A model generated the notes under the pieces. That model saw only the letters and a program-made list of their open reading frames with translations, had not been told where the DNA came from and ran no database searches. This document shows, piece after piece, positions 12,678-25,929 of a DNA stretch of 64,000 nt. Origin of the DNA: Octopus sinensis (lineage: Eukaryota); NCBI RefSeq assembly GCF_006345805.1, contig NC_043004.1:17608001-17672000 (forward strand), given 5' to 3'. The position numbers were made by a program, and so were the translations under genes. The stretch's first letter is position 1. Each line of letters begins with the position of its first letter.

Positions 12678-13762
12678 ATATATGTATGTATGTATGTATG
12701 TGTATGTATGTATGATGTTGTATTTTGTGAGTATGCCTTACATATACACATATAAATATGTGTATCTATATTTATTTAGGCACACATATATACACATGGT
12801 CATATATAATAATATATATATAATATATATATATATATAAGCTAATAGACAGAGGAGGTATGGCGTAGGGTAAGGTTTGATTCGACTAAGAATTTCTGAT
12901 TTTCGTCAAAGTGTGCACAATCAGCCATTTAATTTCCAAGAAGTTGAGGACGTTAAGATAATCTTATAAGATTATTTTTAAAAAACCCCCAACAAACTGT
13001 AGGATGCATTAAATGATGGTTAATTAAGGATTGATGAATGTTGATCAGCATAGCTTTACTGTTTACTGCTAGGGATAGTTTGATTTCGATTGCGGTTAGC
13101 AGAAATATAAAATGATGCGCAATCTACATGAGATGTAAGAGAAAATATTATTTTGCTTAATAAAGACTGGCCAATAAACTCTTCCAAGATAATTATGGTT
13201 TCTCCGAATAAATACAAATGATTACTTTTGAAGTTTTATTAAGCCATAATTAGTATTGCATCCATAAAATTTCATGGAGAGATTGCATAATTTTATGAAT
13301 TGCGTCATATGAAAATTGTTCATTACATAAACCCCGCTGTCCTCTTTCACCATAACTTTCTCTCACTCTTCCTTCCTACTTCTGCCACAAAGCAGAGGAA
13401 CCATGGTGTAACCCACTATGGTGTGGTAAACTTTCAGACCCTAGTCTAGATTGCGAATCCTCTGTACCCCATGATGGTTCAGCTCTCTACCCGTTAAAAC
13501 CCACCGTTTACGGAATGAGGATAACAACGTAGCTTTCGCTCCCGTGCAACCACCGGCCTATCGCATGTGGTGGGTGCATTCTTAGTAGCATAGAATACAC
13601 TCGAATTAGAGATTATTCCTTGTGGCTAATGGTGTGAGTCCTGATTGGAAGAAGATGAAGAAGAAGAAGAAGAAAAAGAAGAAGATAACAGCAGCTTCGA
13701 CATTAGCACGTTACACAGAGAGGTATACATACGTAAATAAATTTAACTAAGATACAGCTTTT

Positions 13763-14196
13763 AAGGCGGCGAGCAAGCAGAATCGTTAGCACGCCAGGCA
13801 TAATTCGTAGCAGCAATTCTTCCAGTTTTACGCTCTCGGTTCAAATTCTGCTGAGGTCAGCTTTGCTGTTCATCCTATCGGGAGTCAATAAATTAAGTAT
13901 CAGTCGAGGACTGAGTTTGGTGTAATCGACTAATCCCTCTCCCGCCAAATTTCAAGCCTTCTTATTTCTTTATTGCCCACAAGGGGCTAAACATAGAGGA
14001 GACAAACAAGGACAGACAAACGGATTAAGTCGATTATATCGACCTCAGTGCGTAACTAGCACTTAATTTATCGACCCCGAAGGGATGAAAGGCAAAGTCG
14101 ACCTCGGCGGAATTTGAACTCAGAACGTAACGGCAGACGAAATACGGCTACGCATTTCGCCCGGCGCGTGCTAACGACTCTGCCAGCACGCCGCCT
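13763..14196. mobile_element. Two family A SINEs tail-to-tail (plus 13763-13970, minus A2 13962-14196)
   Basis: Consensus heads at both outer ends. Confidence 0.85.
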
Positions 14197-14332
14197 TTTT
14201 TGCCAGCATGCCACCTTGTTCTGCCAGCACGCTATATTCTGCCTATAGTAGAAAAAGTTTATATACAGCTTACAAGTATGACCACAGAGATACAGTTGAC
14301 TTGAATTATGAAAGCTCAAGATGAATAATATG

Positions 14333-14480
14333 AAGGCGCGGGATCTAGTGGTAAGGGTGTTGCTTACAAGATCGTGGTTTCGATTCCTGGACCGGGACAT
14401 GTGTTGTGCTCTTGAACAAAACACTTTATTTTACGTTGCCTCAGTCCACTCAGCTGTAAATGAGAAACCCTGCGACGGAC
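14333..14480 (+). mobile_element. CORE-like SINE, family C related
   Basis: GGCGCGGGATCTAGTGGTAAGG..GGTTTCGATTCC..TGTGCTCTTGAACAAAACACTTTATTT. Confidence 0.7.
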
Positions 14481-14634
14481 TGGCGTCCGCTCAGAGGTAG
14501 GGTGATGTGATCTCGTTCAATTATATGTTATGTAAAACGGGTGACCAGCCCTGTGAGTCTTGGAACCACACACAGTTGAAACCAGGGGACATGTTTTTAT
14601 TTCATTTTTAGATTAATAAAACTTGAAATGGAAT

Positions 14635-15040
14635 ACTCTTTTACTCTTTTACTTGCTTCAGTCATTTGACTGTGGCCATGCTGGAGCACAGCCTTTTGTT
14701 GAGCGAATCGACCCCAGGACTTATTCTTTGTAAGCCTAGTACTTATTCTATCGGTTTCTTTTGCCGAACCGCTAAGTTACGGGGACGTAAACACACCAGC
14801 ATCGGTTGTCAAGTGATGTTGGGGGGACAAACACAGACACATATATACGACGAGCTTCTTTCAGTTTCCGTCTACTAAATCCATTCACTAGGCTTTGGTT
14901 GGCCCGAGGCTATAGTAGAAGACACTTGCCCAAGGTGTCGCGCAGAGGGACTGAACCCGGAACCATGTGGTTGGTAAGCAAGCTACTTACCACAAAGCCA
15001 CTCCTACGCGTATTACCACACAGCCACTCCTACGCCTATG
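14635..15040 (-). mobile_element. SINE family B
   Basis: Near-consensus copy; head GGAGTGGCTGTGTGGTAA duplicated at ~15000-15035. Confidence 0.9.
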
Positions 15041-15059
15041 GAATGGATACATTTTAAAT

Positions 15060-15710
15060 ATTAATTAGAAAATAATGTTTTGTGCATTGGAAGGCAACGA
15101 CTTCAAATACTATTCGGGATGTGAGGACAAACTAACCTCTACAGCGTTTTAAAAGAGATAATGTAATTGAAGAAGGTTACCCATCTTTTCTAGGGTATTT
15201 ATTCTGCAAAGCTCTGACTGGGATTAAAGTTACTGGCGCAACAAAGAAGAGAGACAAATTCTAACTATAAAGCAGCAGAAAATGTCACCAAGTGGCTTTG
15301 GATAAAGAGGGTAGACTAGTGTTTGCTGCTACTGGGATGCAAGCTGGAACTTAATCAACCCCGGTAGGGTCAACTAGGTGAAGATGTTTGATGCTGAAAG
15401 AACAGAAGCTAGCCGTAACATTGTGGATGCACCCCAGAACATCCACGAGATATGTCTGGAAACTAAACTAGGAAATAATATTTTGTGCTTTGGGAGACAA
15501 CTGCTTCAAAACCTATTCTGCGTATGATGACGAACTAAACCAGACAGTATTTTAAAGGAGGAAATGGAAGTGGGCTGGCGGTCTTTTGTGGGGTATTTAT
15601 TCGGCAAAGCTCTGGTTGGGATGGAGTCGCTGGTATAGCAGAGGGGAGAGTTATAAATTCCATTACTAAATCTGTAGAGAAAGCCATCTGGGTATGATGA
15701 CAATCTCACT
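15060..15710 (+). pseudogene. Two decayed 3' fragments of HERO/NeSL-type RLE non-LTR retrotransposons
   Basis: EMEVGWRSFVGYLFGKAL and ..KAAENVTKWLWIKR resemble the HERO EVGCRGF...AAEKATRWLWIKR terminus; first copy is followed by a 3' UTR-like segment. Confidence 0.6.
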
Positions 15711-15984
15711 TTAGCATTGTTCTAAAAGAGATTCAAACGAATTCATCTTCGTAAGTTGGCCAACTCCCTGCATATAGATTGATATCGACTTCGATTTGCG
15801 ATAACTGCATCTCTCTTCACTTTAAAGTGCTTGTGTTATAGTAGCACTCAAAAGTCAGAAATACTTTTAAATGCCAATAGTATTTAAAAGTATTTCTGAC
15901 AGCATGATGATGATGTATGCCAGCTAAATCAGTCTAACGCCAAATATATTACGAAATGCACTTATATATGCGCGTGCGCATTTC

Positions 15985-16333
15985 TTCTTCTTTTTCTTCT
16001 TCTTCTTCTTCTTCTTCTTCTTCTTCTTCTTCTTCTTCTTCTTCTTCTTCTTCTTCTTCTTCTTCCTTCTTCTTCTTCCTCGCTTCTTCTCTTCTTCTTC
16101 CTATTCTTCTTCCTCTTCTTTTTTCTTCTTCTTCTTCCTTCTTTCTTCTTCTCTTCTTCTTTCTTCTCTTCTTCTTCTTCTTCTTCCTCTTATTCTTCCT
16201 CTTCTTCTTCTTCCTCTTCTTCTTCTTCCTCTTCTTTTCTTCTTCCACTTCCTCCACTTCTTCTTCTTCCTCTTATTCTTTCCTTCCTTCTTCTTCTTCC
16301 TCTCTTCTTCTTCTTCCTCTTCCTTCTTCTCCC

Positions 16334-16377
<44 letters not shown>

Positions 16378-16420
16378 TTCTTCTTCTTCTTTATGCTTAT
16401 CATCATCATCATCATCATTC
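15985..16420. repeat. ~430-bp (TCT)n/(TCC)n polypyrimidine triplet tract ending in (CAT)n
   Basis: Direct reading; source of the spurious poly-S/E/K ORFs. Confidence 0.97.
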
Positions 16421-16464
16421 ATCATCATCAATATATATATATGTGTATGCATATATACATATAC

Positions 16465-16634
16465 ATGCAAGAGTGACCGTGTGGTAAGAACTTACTTCCC
16501 AACCACATGGTTCTGGGTTCAGTACCGTGGCAGCTTGGGCAAATGTCTTCTAATATCGCCTCAGGCTGACCGAAGTCTGTAAGTAGATTTGGCAGACGGA
16601 AACTGAAAGAAGCTCGTCGCGCGCGCACACACAC

Positions 16635-16666
<32 letters not shown>

Positions 16667-16860
16667 ATGTGTGTGTGTGTATGTCTGTGTCTGTCACCCC
16701 ACCATCGCTTGACAACCGATGCTGGTGTGTTTACATCTCGGTGACTTAGCGGTTCGCCAAACTAGACCGATAGAATAAGTACCAGGGTCGATTTCTTCGA
16801 CTAAAAGGCAGTGCCCCAGCATGCCGCAGTCAATGATTGAAACAAATAAAAGAATCTCTT
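16465..16860 (+). mobile_element. SINE family B with internal (TA)/(TG) microsatellite
   Basis: Head GAGTGACCGTGTGGTAAG, core CTTGGGCAAATGTCTTCT, tail CCAGCATGCCGCAGTC..GAAACAAATAAAAG. Confidence 0.88.
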
Positions 16861-16884
16861 CTCTCTCTCTCTCTCTCTCTCTTC

Positions 16885-16918
<34 letters not shown>

Positions 16919-17762
16919 ATATATATATAAGTTAATCAAATATGATACACAAAGAGTAAACACAGATACGCGATATATACGTATAACATAGTATAGTGTA
17001 TGGACGCCAGGAAGGAAAGAAAGAAGGAGGATGTAGGTATATATATATGTATATATAGATCTATATTATACATATATGAATATAGATATTATTTATACAT
17101 ATATGTAGTATATTACATATTGTATATATATGTATATTATATATAACATATATTAAATATATACACAAATATGTATATATTCATATATGTATAAATATAT
17201 ACATTATATAATAATATATATATATATAATACATAATATATATATATATATAAATATAATATTATATATATATTTATATAATATATATATATATATATAA
17301 TAATATATATATATATACACATATACTATATATATATATATATATATATATTAGATATATATATACATAAAACACAGATATGTATATATACATACAACAC
17401 CAACACACGCAGATATACATACGATACGATGATGAAAGTGGTGGTTGAACTAAGGACAATGATGAAAGAAAAAATAAAACGATATTTGTATTAACTATGA
17501 CATCGTGTCTTTAGATATATATATAAATAACGGCCATTCTGCAGGATAATTGATTCGACGAAATCACAGGAAAGAAATAACAAATAAATTGAACATGAAA
17601 CAATCTCCTCTTGTGAAGAGGTCAAAATATTGTGAAACATTATAATCCCATAGAACAAACGTTTCGTCACATGATGGTCTTTTACTCTAAGAAAACTAAA
17701 TAAATATCGCTTATGAATTTGTGTAGCAAGATTCCTGATGTGAAGTTGTCTGTTAAAACAGA

Positions 17763-18038
17763 TATTGTTGTGTTTCGGGATGGTCATTTTTTTTGTTTTG
17801 CCAAATAAACACACGCGCTATATTTCCGTTCTTCACTCGTTTTGTTACTGTTCTTATTCTAATTCATGTCCATTCCCAGATCGGAATAAGCAGAGCAAGA
17901 GCACACACGGAGAGGGAAAGATTTCCGGAGAATGGACATGAGTTACGATAAGAACAGTAATTAACAAATGAAGAACGAATATACAGTGCGTGTGTTTATT
18001 TGGCAGAAAAAAAATGACCGTCCCGAAATACAACAAAA
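17763..18038. mobile_element. Fold-back element/MITE (arms ~115 bp, ~50-bp spacer)
   Basis: 17763-17877 is roughly 85% (by eye) reverse-complementary to 17927-18038. Confidence 0.75.
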
Positions 18039-18094
18039 TAATTATCGTTCTTTCGAATTAAAAAAAAAGCATGTTCTACAGGAAATAAGTACTT

Positions 18095-18445
18095 GCCTTT
18101 TACCTTTTACTGCTTTCAGTTATTTGACTACGGCCTTGCTGGGACACCGCCTTAAGGGGTTTTATTTTTGCCGAACCACTGTGCTTCAGGGGTATAGAGA
18201 AAGCAGCACCTATCATCAAGCGTTGGGAGATAGAACACAAACTCATACACACACTCTCGTGCGCGCATTCTCCCCCGTACATATACGCTGCGCTTCCACG
18301 CAGCTTTCGTCTTCCAAATTCATTCAAAATTCATTGGTTGTCCCGAAGCTATAATAGAAGACGCCCGATGTACCGCACAGTGGGAATGAACCGGAAAGCA
18401 CGTTGTGGCAAAGCTGGCTACTTAACCACATAGCCGTGCCTCCAC
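18095..18445 (-). mobile_element. SINE family B, degenerate
   Basis: Tail and core on minus strand. Confidence 0.75.
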
Positions 18446-18696
18446 CTAAAAGCGGAACACTTACAAACAAAAGAAACGAACGGTTAAGTATACCTAGGTT
18501 CAACTGACGCAGAACTATTATATTTAGTTTTAATGAGTTACGATTCTACTAATAATCATTATGTTAATTGGTTTGTCTATCGCTCATACTGCTTGTTCTT
18601 TTGGAATACTTTAACTGTCAAAGGAAATAAAATCTTTAAAAATGGTAAGTTAAAATTTACATTGATGTCACAGTGATACATAGAAAAGAAAACGAA

Positions 18697-19130
18697 CAGG
18701 AGTGGCTGTGTGGTAAGAAGATTGCTTCCCAACCACATGGTTCCGGATTCAGTCCCACTGCGTGGCAACTTGGCAAGTGTCTTCTACTATAGCCTCGGGC
18801 CGACCAAACCCTTGTGAATGGATTTGGTAGACGGAAACTGAAAGAAGCCTATCGTATATATGTATGTATATATATATATATAATATATATATATACATAT
18901 ATATGTATGTATGCATGTGCGTGTTTGTTATTTGTGTCTGTGTTTGTCCCCCCCACCCACCATCGCTTGACAATATATGTTGGTGCGTTTACGGTTCGGC
19001 AAAAGACCCCGATAGAATAAGTACTAGATTTACAAAGACTAAGTCCTGGGGTCAATTTGCTCGACTAAAGGCAGTTTCCCAGCATGGCCGCAGGCAAGTG
19101 ACTGAAACAAGTAAAAGAATAAAAGAAACA
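18697..19130 (+). mobile_element. SINE family B
   Basis: Full head-core-microsatellite-tail organisation. Confidence 0.9.
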
Positions 19131-22100
19131 AATTCAACCTCCTGTGTGATAGCTTATAATGCGACAAAGAGCCAATTTATTGATATTTGAAAGTTCCATT
19201 CTAAAATAAGAAACAGAATACACAATAATTTCCCTTCAGCATCAAATGCAGGGACCTGGTTTCTTATCTAATGAGACATCCCTTGAAAATAAATAAATTG
19301 AAGACACTCTGGGCAAAAAGGTATCGTTTGGAGCAATCAATATGCAAATCTTAATTTTTCAGAAGATACCAAATCTGCTGCGGCATATTTTAAATGATCC
19401 TTGGCATAGCTTTTGATTTGACATTAAATTTACATTTCCCTTCTATATCATTGGTGTTGTGTAGCTTCGGGATATTCATAATCGAGCAGAACAAGATGGT
19501 TGGCCAAATGCCCGATGTGTAATTCTGTCTTCATTATATGATTAACTGATTGGCGATTCCGGAAAAAGGAAAAAAAGATAGGAAATAACACCGGTTACGA
19601 ACACACTGTTTACAAACTTGTACATGGTTAGCAACATAACGATGAATCTGTTATATAAAATGCACATAGCACATTCTTCAAAATGGGATGTTTAACGAAA
19701 ATTTAAATTGAAGATGAATTTTCAGAATTCACCCTAAGGATATATCTTTGAGCGCAATTTATAACGAAGGGTTACTCGATTTCTCGCATCAATCGTCTAA
19801 ACTCTATTAATATATTTCGTTGAGATTTTAATCATGATAGAAGACAGATAATTGACCAATTACTACACAATACACGTTCTAAAACTAGATATTTGTAGCA
19901 TGTCAAAAGCCTATATTCACTTAATGAAACAAATTGTAGGCAAATCTTGCTCGAATCATACAGTAGTGTCTTAAACAAGGAGAGAATATTTGTAGTTGTA
20001 GAAATCCCCAAAAAGAGAGGTAGGCTACGGTTGGAATGCTTCGAATATAGGTCGGTTCAATCACGCCTGATCTGGAGCTAAATAACAATAATAGCACCTT
20101 ATACTTTATGTATATTGTTTCGTTTTGCTCTAATAGAAATATATTTTATCCAAGAGGTAATTTTAATAATTCTTTTTCTGTGTAATAAGGAGTCCTGATA
20201 GGGCACTGATACATTGTGTTGCCCATGATGTATTTAATAGCGGTTTTACTCCAGATTCCCTTACGGGCGAGAAAACTACGTGACATTCTGACTGCCACAA
20301 CGAAATATGCACGATCTGTGGTTCGAAAGACCTTGCGCTTGTTGGGCGAAAATTCTTGTGCTTGTTGGGCGTGACTTAACTTTAAGAGTAGTATCGCCTA
20401 CACTCTGTTAAGTCTCGAATAACTCCTGCATCCAATATCACTCACATTTTTAAGATCCGAATCATCTGGGTCCAGCAGTAAAACAGAATATATGGAGATG
20501 AAACTGTTTCTATGAGTTGGAGTTTGAAAAGAAACCGTCTGTGGGTCTCCTCTCCGATTTTTCTCACAGGGTTACTCCCCTTATTCTCCTTCTATCCTCA
20601 ACAATTTCATGATGGAGATACTATTTTGCTCTGGATGGCTTGTCAATGGCTACAGTATGTCACAATTTAAATGTGGTGTTTTCTATCTACTGGACACATG
20701 TTTTGATTTGAAGTAAGTGCTCATCGCTTACTGTTGTATTACTGCAGGATTGATCCCCGATTCGAGTCCACACACAGCACACTATTAAGCACATAGTATA
20801 ACACAGCGTTATAATGTTTCTCATAAAGATTAAATACGAAAAGAATTATCAATGCATTAGATAATTGGCGATGACGATATGATTGAAACACTTCTATGCC
20901 TTGATTTCATTATTCTGTTCTATAACAAGAGCAGGTCATAAAATCTGTAGCAACATTTGTCAGTAATAAACTGTTCTCGCGGATTATACCGGTAAGATTG
21001 TTAACACACTTCATCTATCTGGTTAAGCCAGGACATTTTAGCCCTATGTTTTATATGATAGACACATCATAATGCCAATGAATCGATACGAACTGAGTAT
21101 CTTCCTTTCCACTCAAGAATCTATGTTTTATTCCCTGGATTAGCTTCTAGCCGTCAATGAAATATATTTAGGTATCTTTTTATTTAGTTATGTATAATGG
21201 GTTGGGTTGGGGATGAACGTGGTTTGTGATAAATCAAAGATTATGTTTGGTTAATCACATTAAGTGTGGCAGACCGCACTAAATTATCTATTCTTCATAC
21301 AGAATGCCCCTTAGAAAATTTTGCCATATCAGTAGAAATAACCATTTATCATCATCGCAGTAGATTTTGTTTTCGTTCGTTCCTGCGTTTTTGTTTTGTT
21401 CTCCTTGGAAACCAAAGAGCACAAAGCGTTGGCTCAAATTGAAATATTCTATAACTCTAGTTCGAATCTGACCTCTTTCATTAAATCTAAAGCAGCAAAA
21501 TTAAGTCTCATTCATCGTTTATTCATATTTTCATTATAAACCAAACGTTTCAAATTTATCAGTTTAATCTATTCTTCTGCTTTATGAGATGACAATTGAT
21601 AATTACTTTTAATGAGAGTAATTGTCAATTTTCATGAACTGTCGTCTAACATCGCGTCTTGAATTATTTCAATGTTCTATATTTATAGGAAGCCGTTTCC
21701 GGATATCGTCCTCACAGTGCAAAGTGCTGATAATTAGCTAATGAAACCTCATTAATTCAATTATCCAGCATTTTGCACTGAAGAGAACGATATCTATAAA
21801 CACTCCCTACAAATATAGGTAGTTAAACATACTTGAAAATGTACTGCTTTATATATACATATATACATGCATACATACATGCAAACACACAACTATGTAC
21901 ATCGTACAAATACATAGCATTCATGGTACACCACATTTCAACTAATTTAAACGAAGTTGTGATTTATTATTGTTTAGTCTCAGGTCAACCCAGATCGGTT
22001 ATGAGTTTCTTGTATGTGTAGACGTATGTAGAACTACATTATTTAATCTTAGCGAAATAATTATATGCAATAATGTGCACACACACAGACACTCACACAC

Positions 22101-22212
22101 ACACATACACTCACACTCACACACACACACACACATACACAACACACACACACACAACCATACACACACATGTGCGAGCTGTCTGGTGTCAATATGAGTC
22201 GCAGGCTCTGCA

Positions 22213-22255
22213 TCCAGAGACTAGTTTCTGAGTCTTTACTCGTCATCAGTCTGGA
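22213..22255 (-). ncRNA. Minimal type I hammerhead motif
   Basis: Minus strand TCCAGA-CTGATGA-C-GAGT-AAAG-ACTC-A-GAAAC-TA-GTC-TCTGGA: 6-bp stem I, intact core, GUC triplet, C.A mismatch at base of stem II. Confidence 0.65.
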
Positions 22256-23419
22256 GTAGGCTTGGCTGGGTGGAGGTGTTTATCTCCCCCTTGCAAACAT
22301 AAGGACACAGGAAATGTGTCAAGGCCGACAGGAAGCGTTGCCGCTTCCTAGGGCTAAATAGCAGTAGTATGATTCTCTTCATGGGACTGTCACATTAAGT
22401 AATTAGATAGATTTGCATCAATACCTATAATCGGATTTTGTTAGGGCCCCATATGGTAAAGATGTGGATGGGAAAAGCGTGGGTAGAGGGTGATGCGCTA
22501 GTAAACCCCTCCCCTTACTGTTTTACAAAGTAAACAACAACACAAATAATTACGCAGTGGCAGCCATGGTCGAAATAAGAACAAAAACAACAAGCAATAT
22601 TAAAAGAGAAAAGAAGTATGGTCATTCCTTACCCAAGTGACTTTATCTTATCGCCTATCACTTGTTATGCGCTCATAATTTAGTTTGATAGTTGAGCCTT
22701 GATTGGCTGTATTCAAATGAGTTCATAACTGGGGTCTGGATCTCTCGTGGGAAAAAATTTCGCAGGCGTGACAGTCACCATACACAGAATAGATCCAGGC
22801 TATCCATAGACAACTGGAAACACTTGATGAATGATAGGATCCTTGCTTTCAACAGAATATACTATTCATATTAAGCATATATCCTTAGGTCTGTGCATTC
22901 AGTACAAAAGAGGCTACTATAGACATAGTGAAAATCAATTGAATTCCTAACATGAAGATTGATTTTTCAAAACATATCAAGTAACACTTTATTTATTAGG
23001 GTGTAAAGGGAACTGGTTGCTTCTTTACACTTTTGGGGTGCAACTTGGGTGCAACACAATTTCCTTTCTTTTTGTTTCTAGAAACTACCAGTCGGTAAAA
23101 AAATATATACGATTCTTTATTCTCTTATTCACAAATGAAGCACGATGGTATATTGGTATCCACTTAGTTCAACACAGCAAGGCTGAATTTTAACGTTTGT
23201 AAGATTCTTACAACAATTCAGCAGCAACAGAACTGGTCAAATCCCAAGCGTCTAGGACAGGAGAATAGGCTGATTACACGTTTAAAAATACGTCATTTCC
23301 CTTCTATCGCCGTGTCTCAAGTCAACGACGCTATTAAGGAACGCGATAGAATTTCTTCCCCAGTCTCTAGCGCATGTGCATGAGGGAACTTCCTTATGCC
23401 TTTCCAGAAGGTTCCAACC

Positions 23420-23550
23420 CCGCACACGCACACTGAAGAAGGACGTTCCGCACACGCACACTGAAGAATACGTTTCGCACATGCACACTGAAGAATACGT
23501 ACCGCACACGCACACTGAAGAATGACGTTGCGTGTGCGCACACTGGAATA
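23420..23550. repeat. Minisatellite, ~25-26-bp unit x ~5 (CGCACACGCACACTGAAGAATACGTT)
   Basis: Direct tandem copies, no unique spacers. Confidence 0.85.
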
Positions 23551-23564
23551 TGACGTCACTACAA

Positions 23565-23680
23565 GGGTATACATTCAGCGTGAACAACTCAGGGTGATTC
23601 GCCACTTCATCCTACTTGGATATCCTCTCACCACTATCCACACCGCCCTTGCCTGAGCACGTTCTGTGGACTGTGACAAA
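23565..23680 (+). pseudogene. Possible PLE RT C-terminal fragment
   Basis: QREQLRVIRHFILLGYPLTTIHTALA*ARSVD resembles the PLE F..RGYP...I..A..RA motif; short match only. Confidence 0.35.
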
Positions 23681-23944
23681 ATGTTTTTGAATAAAATAAC
23701 TTCTGATGTCATATGCTGGAAAATTTCTGTATCAGGAGCAATAAGTGTTGAGAGAGAAAGAGACAGAGACCGAATGAAAGAGAGAGAGAGAGAGAAAGAG
23801 AGGGAAAGATAGAAAGTGAGAGAGAGGCAGAAAGGGAAAGAAAGAGAGAGAGAAAGAGAGCATTTTGAAGTCTCCCTGGAGAAAACTAAGTAAAATTGTG
23901 AGAGAGAGAAAGAAAGACAAAAAATCGATCAATAGATGGATAAC

Positions 23945-23999
<55 letters not shown>

Positions 24000-24198
24000 C
24001 TAAATAGATAGAGATGGAGAATGCGAGAAGGAAAGAGAGAATGTGTGTGTGTGTGTGTGTGTGTGTGACAAAGAGGGCGTATAACAAATGAAAAGACTAA
24101 GAAACGGGGTAAGTAAACGTCAGAGTCAAAAGAGAGACAGTAAGGCGGGCACAAATAATTCTTGGATACAAATTAGAGAAAGGAGAATCAGGTACACC

Positions 24199-24236
<38 letters not shown>

Positions 24237-25754
24237 TGTATATATATGTATGTTTACGTCGTCCCTAAATGTCATCTACTCGGTTCGAAGAAAGCTTTGT
24301 GAGTGGATTTGGTGGACGGAAAGTGTTGGAAGAAGTATCGCAAAACACCTTTTCCGTCACTCTAACGTGATAAATAACAGACTTGCAGCAATTGTTCCAG
24401 CTGACTAACCCGCAATAAACAACAAACGATTGATTGTCTCGGATTGAATAACATGGACATAGAAACCTCGTTCTAAAAAATGAAATGAAATGAATTCGGT
24501 ATCCCTAAACGTAGCAAACATTAAGAACAAATAAATATGAAAAACGATGTTCTTAGAATCCCAGTAAATTCAACTGATTGTCATTTTAGTGTGACATTCA
24601 TTTATATTGAGATTCTAACATAAAATATATTATTTAAATAATGATCAGCATGTGTGTAGATAAAGACAAAACAAAAAAACATTCAAGACAGACATAGCAA
24701 ACGAAAACATATTTTTAATTGCAGATGATATGAAAAGATTCTAAAGTTACGACAGATTGCTTTTTTACGACTTGCATATCATTGTTACACACAGCACTGT
24801 GTTGGTTGAATGATATATAGGTCGTACGGAAATAGGAAACACATTAACATTTGAAACAAAGAAAATAAAACGCAAAGAGCTTCAAATAGAAACAACTCTT
24901 TTCAAAAACAGATCAACAATTTTTGGGGGATATTGCTAAAGTAGCATATGATGCGATGTGTAATGGATTTCGTAACAAGAGTATGATGTGAATTTGATAT
25001 GAAAATAAAGGTGAGAATAAGCCGAGTGGTTAGTGTGTTGGATAAAACGTGTTATATGTTCTGACTTTTCGATATCTGAGTTCAAATGATGCCAAGGTCA
25101 ACTTTGTGCTTTGTTCTTTCGTGGTACCAATTCAAGGTTTACAGAATTGTTAGGGGATCGGGAGAGAAGCTTTGTGATATCTGACAATAATACTTGCGAA
25201 GGCACTGGTATCAAGGTGGTAGTGGCCTTTTCTTTGGTATGAAGAGAGAGGAGACTCCAATGTATAGACGAAGTTCAGTGTCTCTAAAATTTCGTTTCCC
25301 TGTTTTTGCATGCATGCAGTGTCCATTCTATTATATCTTTTTTCTTGTTCGTCGAAGCATGCTTCAATACAATAATCAGTACAATAATTTGGCACGAATA
25401 TGTAAAAATGATTTTCATCTATTTGAAGGTTTAAAACCAATCGACGTTTTTTATTGCTATTCAGTTAGTGAAATTCAACGATAAAAATAATCCAAATAAA
25501 TGTATGTGTACAAATACAAGACGACATAAAAGATTTTCGCTGTTATAACCATAGCAAGCTGTGGGGAGCAGACAGACTCGTTAGCTCGCCGGGAAAATGC
25601 TTAGTGGCATTTCCTCCGTCTTTATGTTCTGAGTTCAAATTCCGCCTAGGTCGACCTGCCCGATCATATCTAAAAATACAGAATGACCTCTCTCCAACTA
25701 CAAAGCTGAAAATGAGGATCCCAAGGGTAAAAAGAAACTATCCAGTATATATAT

Positions 25755-25929
25755 ATATTATTTATATGAAGGGCATTACTACACATAAATGCCTCACGCT
25801 ATGAGGGACTCTTAAAGTCAAAACTACCATAATAAATATTTAAGTATTTATCATGGTAGTTTTGACTTTAAGAGTCCCCCATAGCGTGAGGCATTTATGT
25901 GTAGTAATGCCCTTCATATGAATAAATAT
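25755..25929. repeat. Near-perfect palindrome (~84-bp arms, 6-nt loop) next to (TA)n, ~100-bp one-sided extension to ~26030
   Basis: ATATGAAGGGCATTACTACACATAAATGCCTCACGCTATG... mirrored by ...CATAGCGTGAGGCATTTATGTGTAGTAATGCCCTTCATAT. Confidence 0.92.

Noticed and set aside
15949-16582. Long poly-S/E/K ORFs (also the YI/IY, CV and TH-rich ORFs throughout)
   Set aside because: Translations of microsatellites lacking stop codons, not genes.
23420-23550. CRISPR-like appearance of short repeats
   Set aside because: Units are contiguous without unique spacers, the context is eukaryotic and there are no cas genes.
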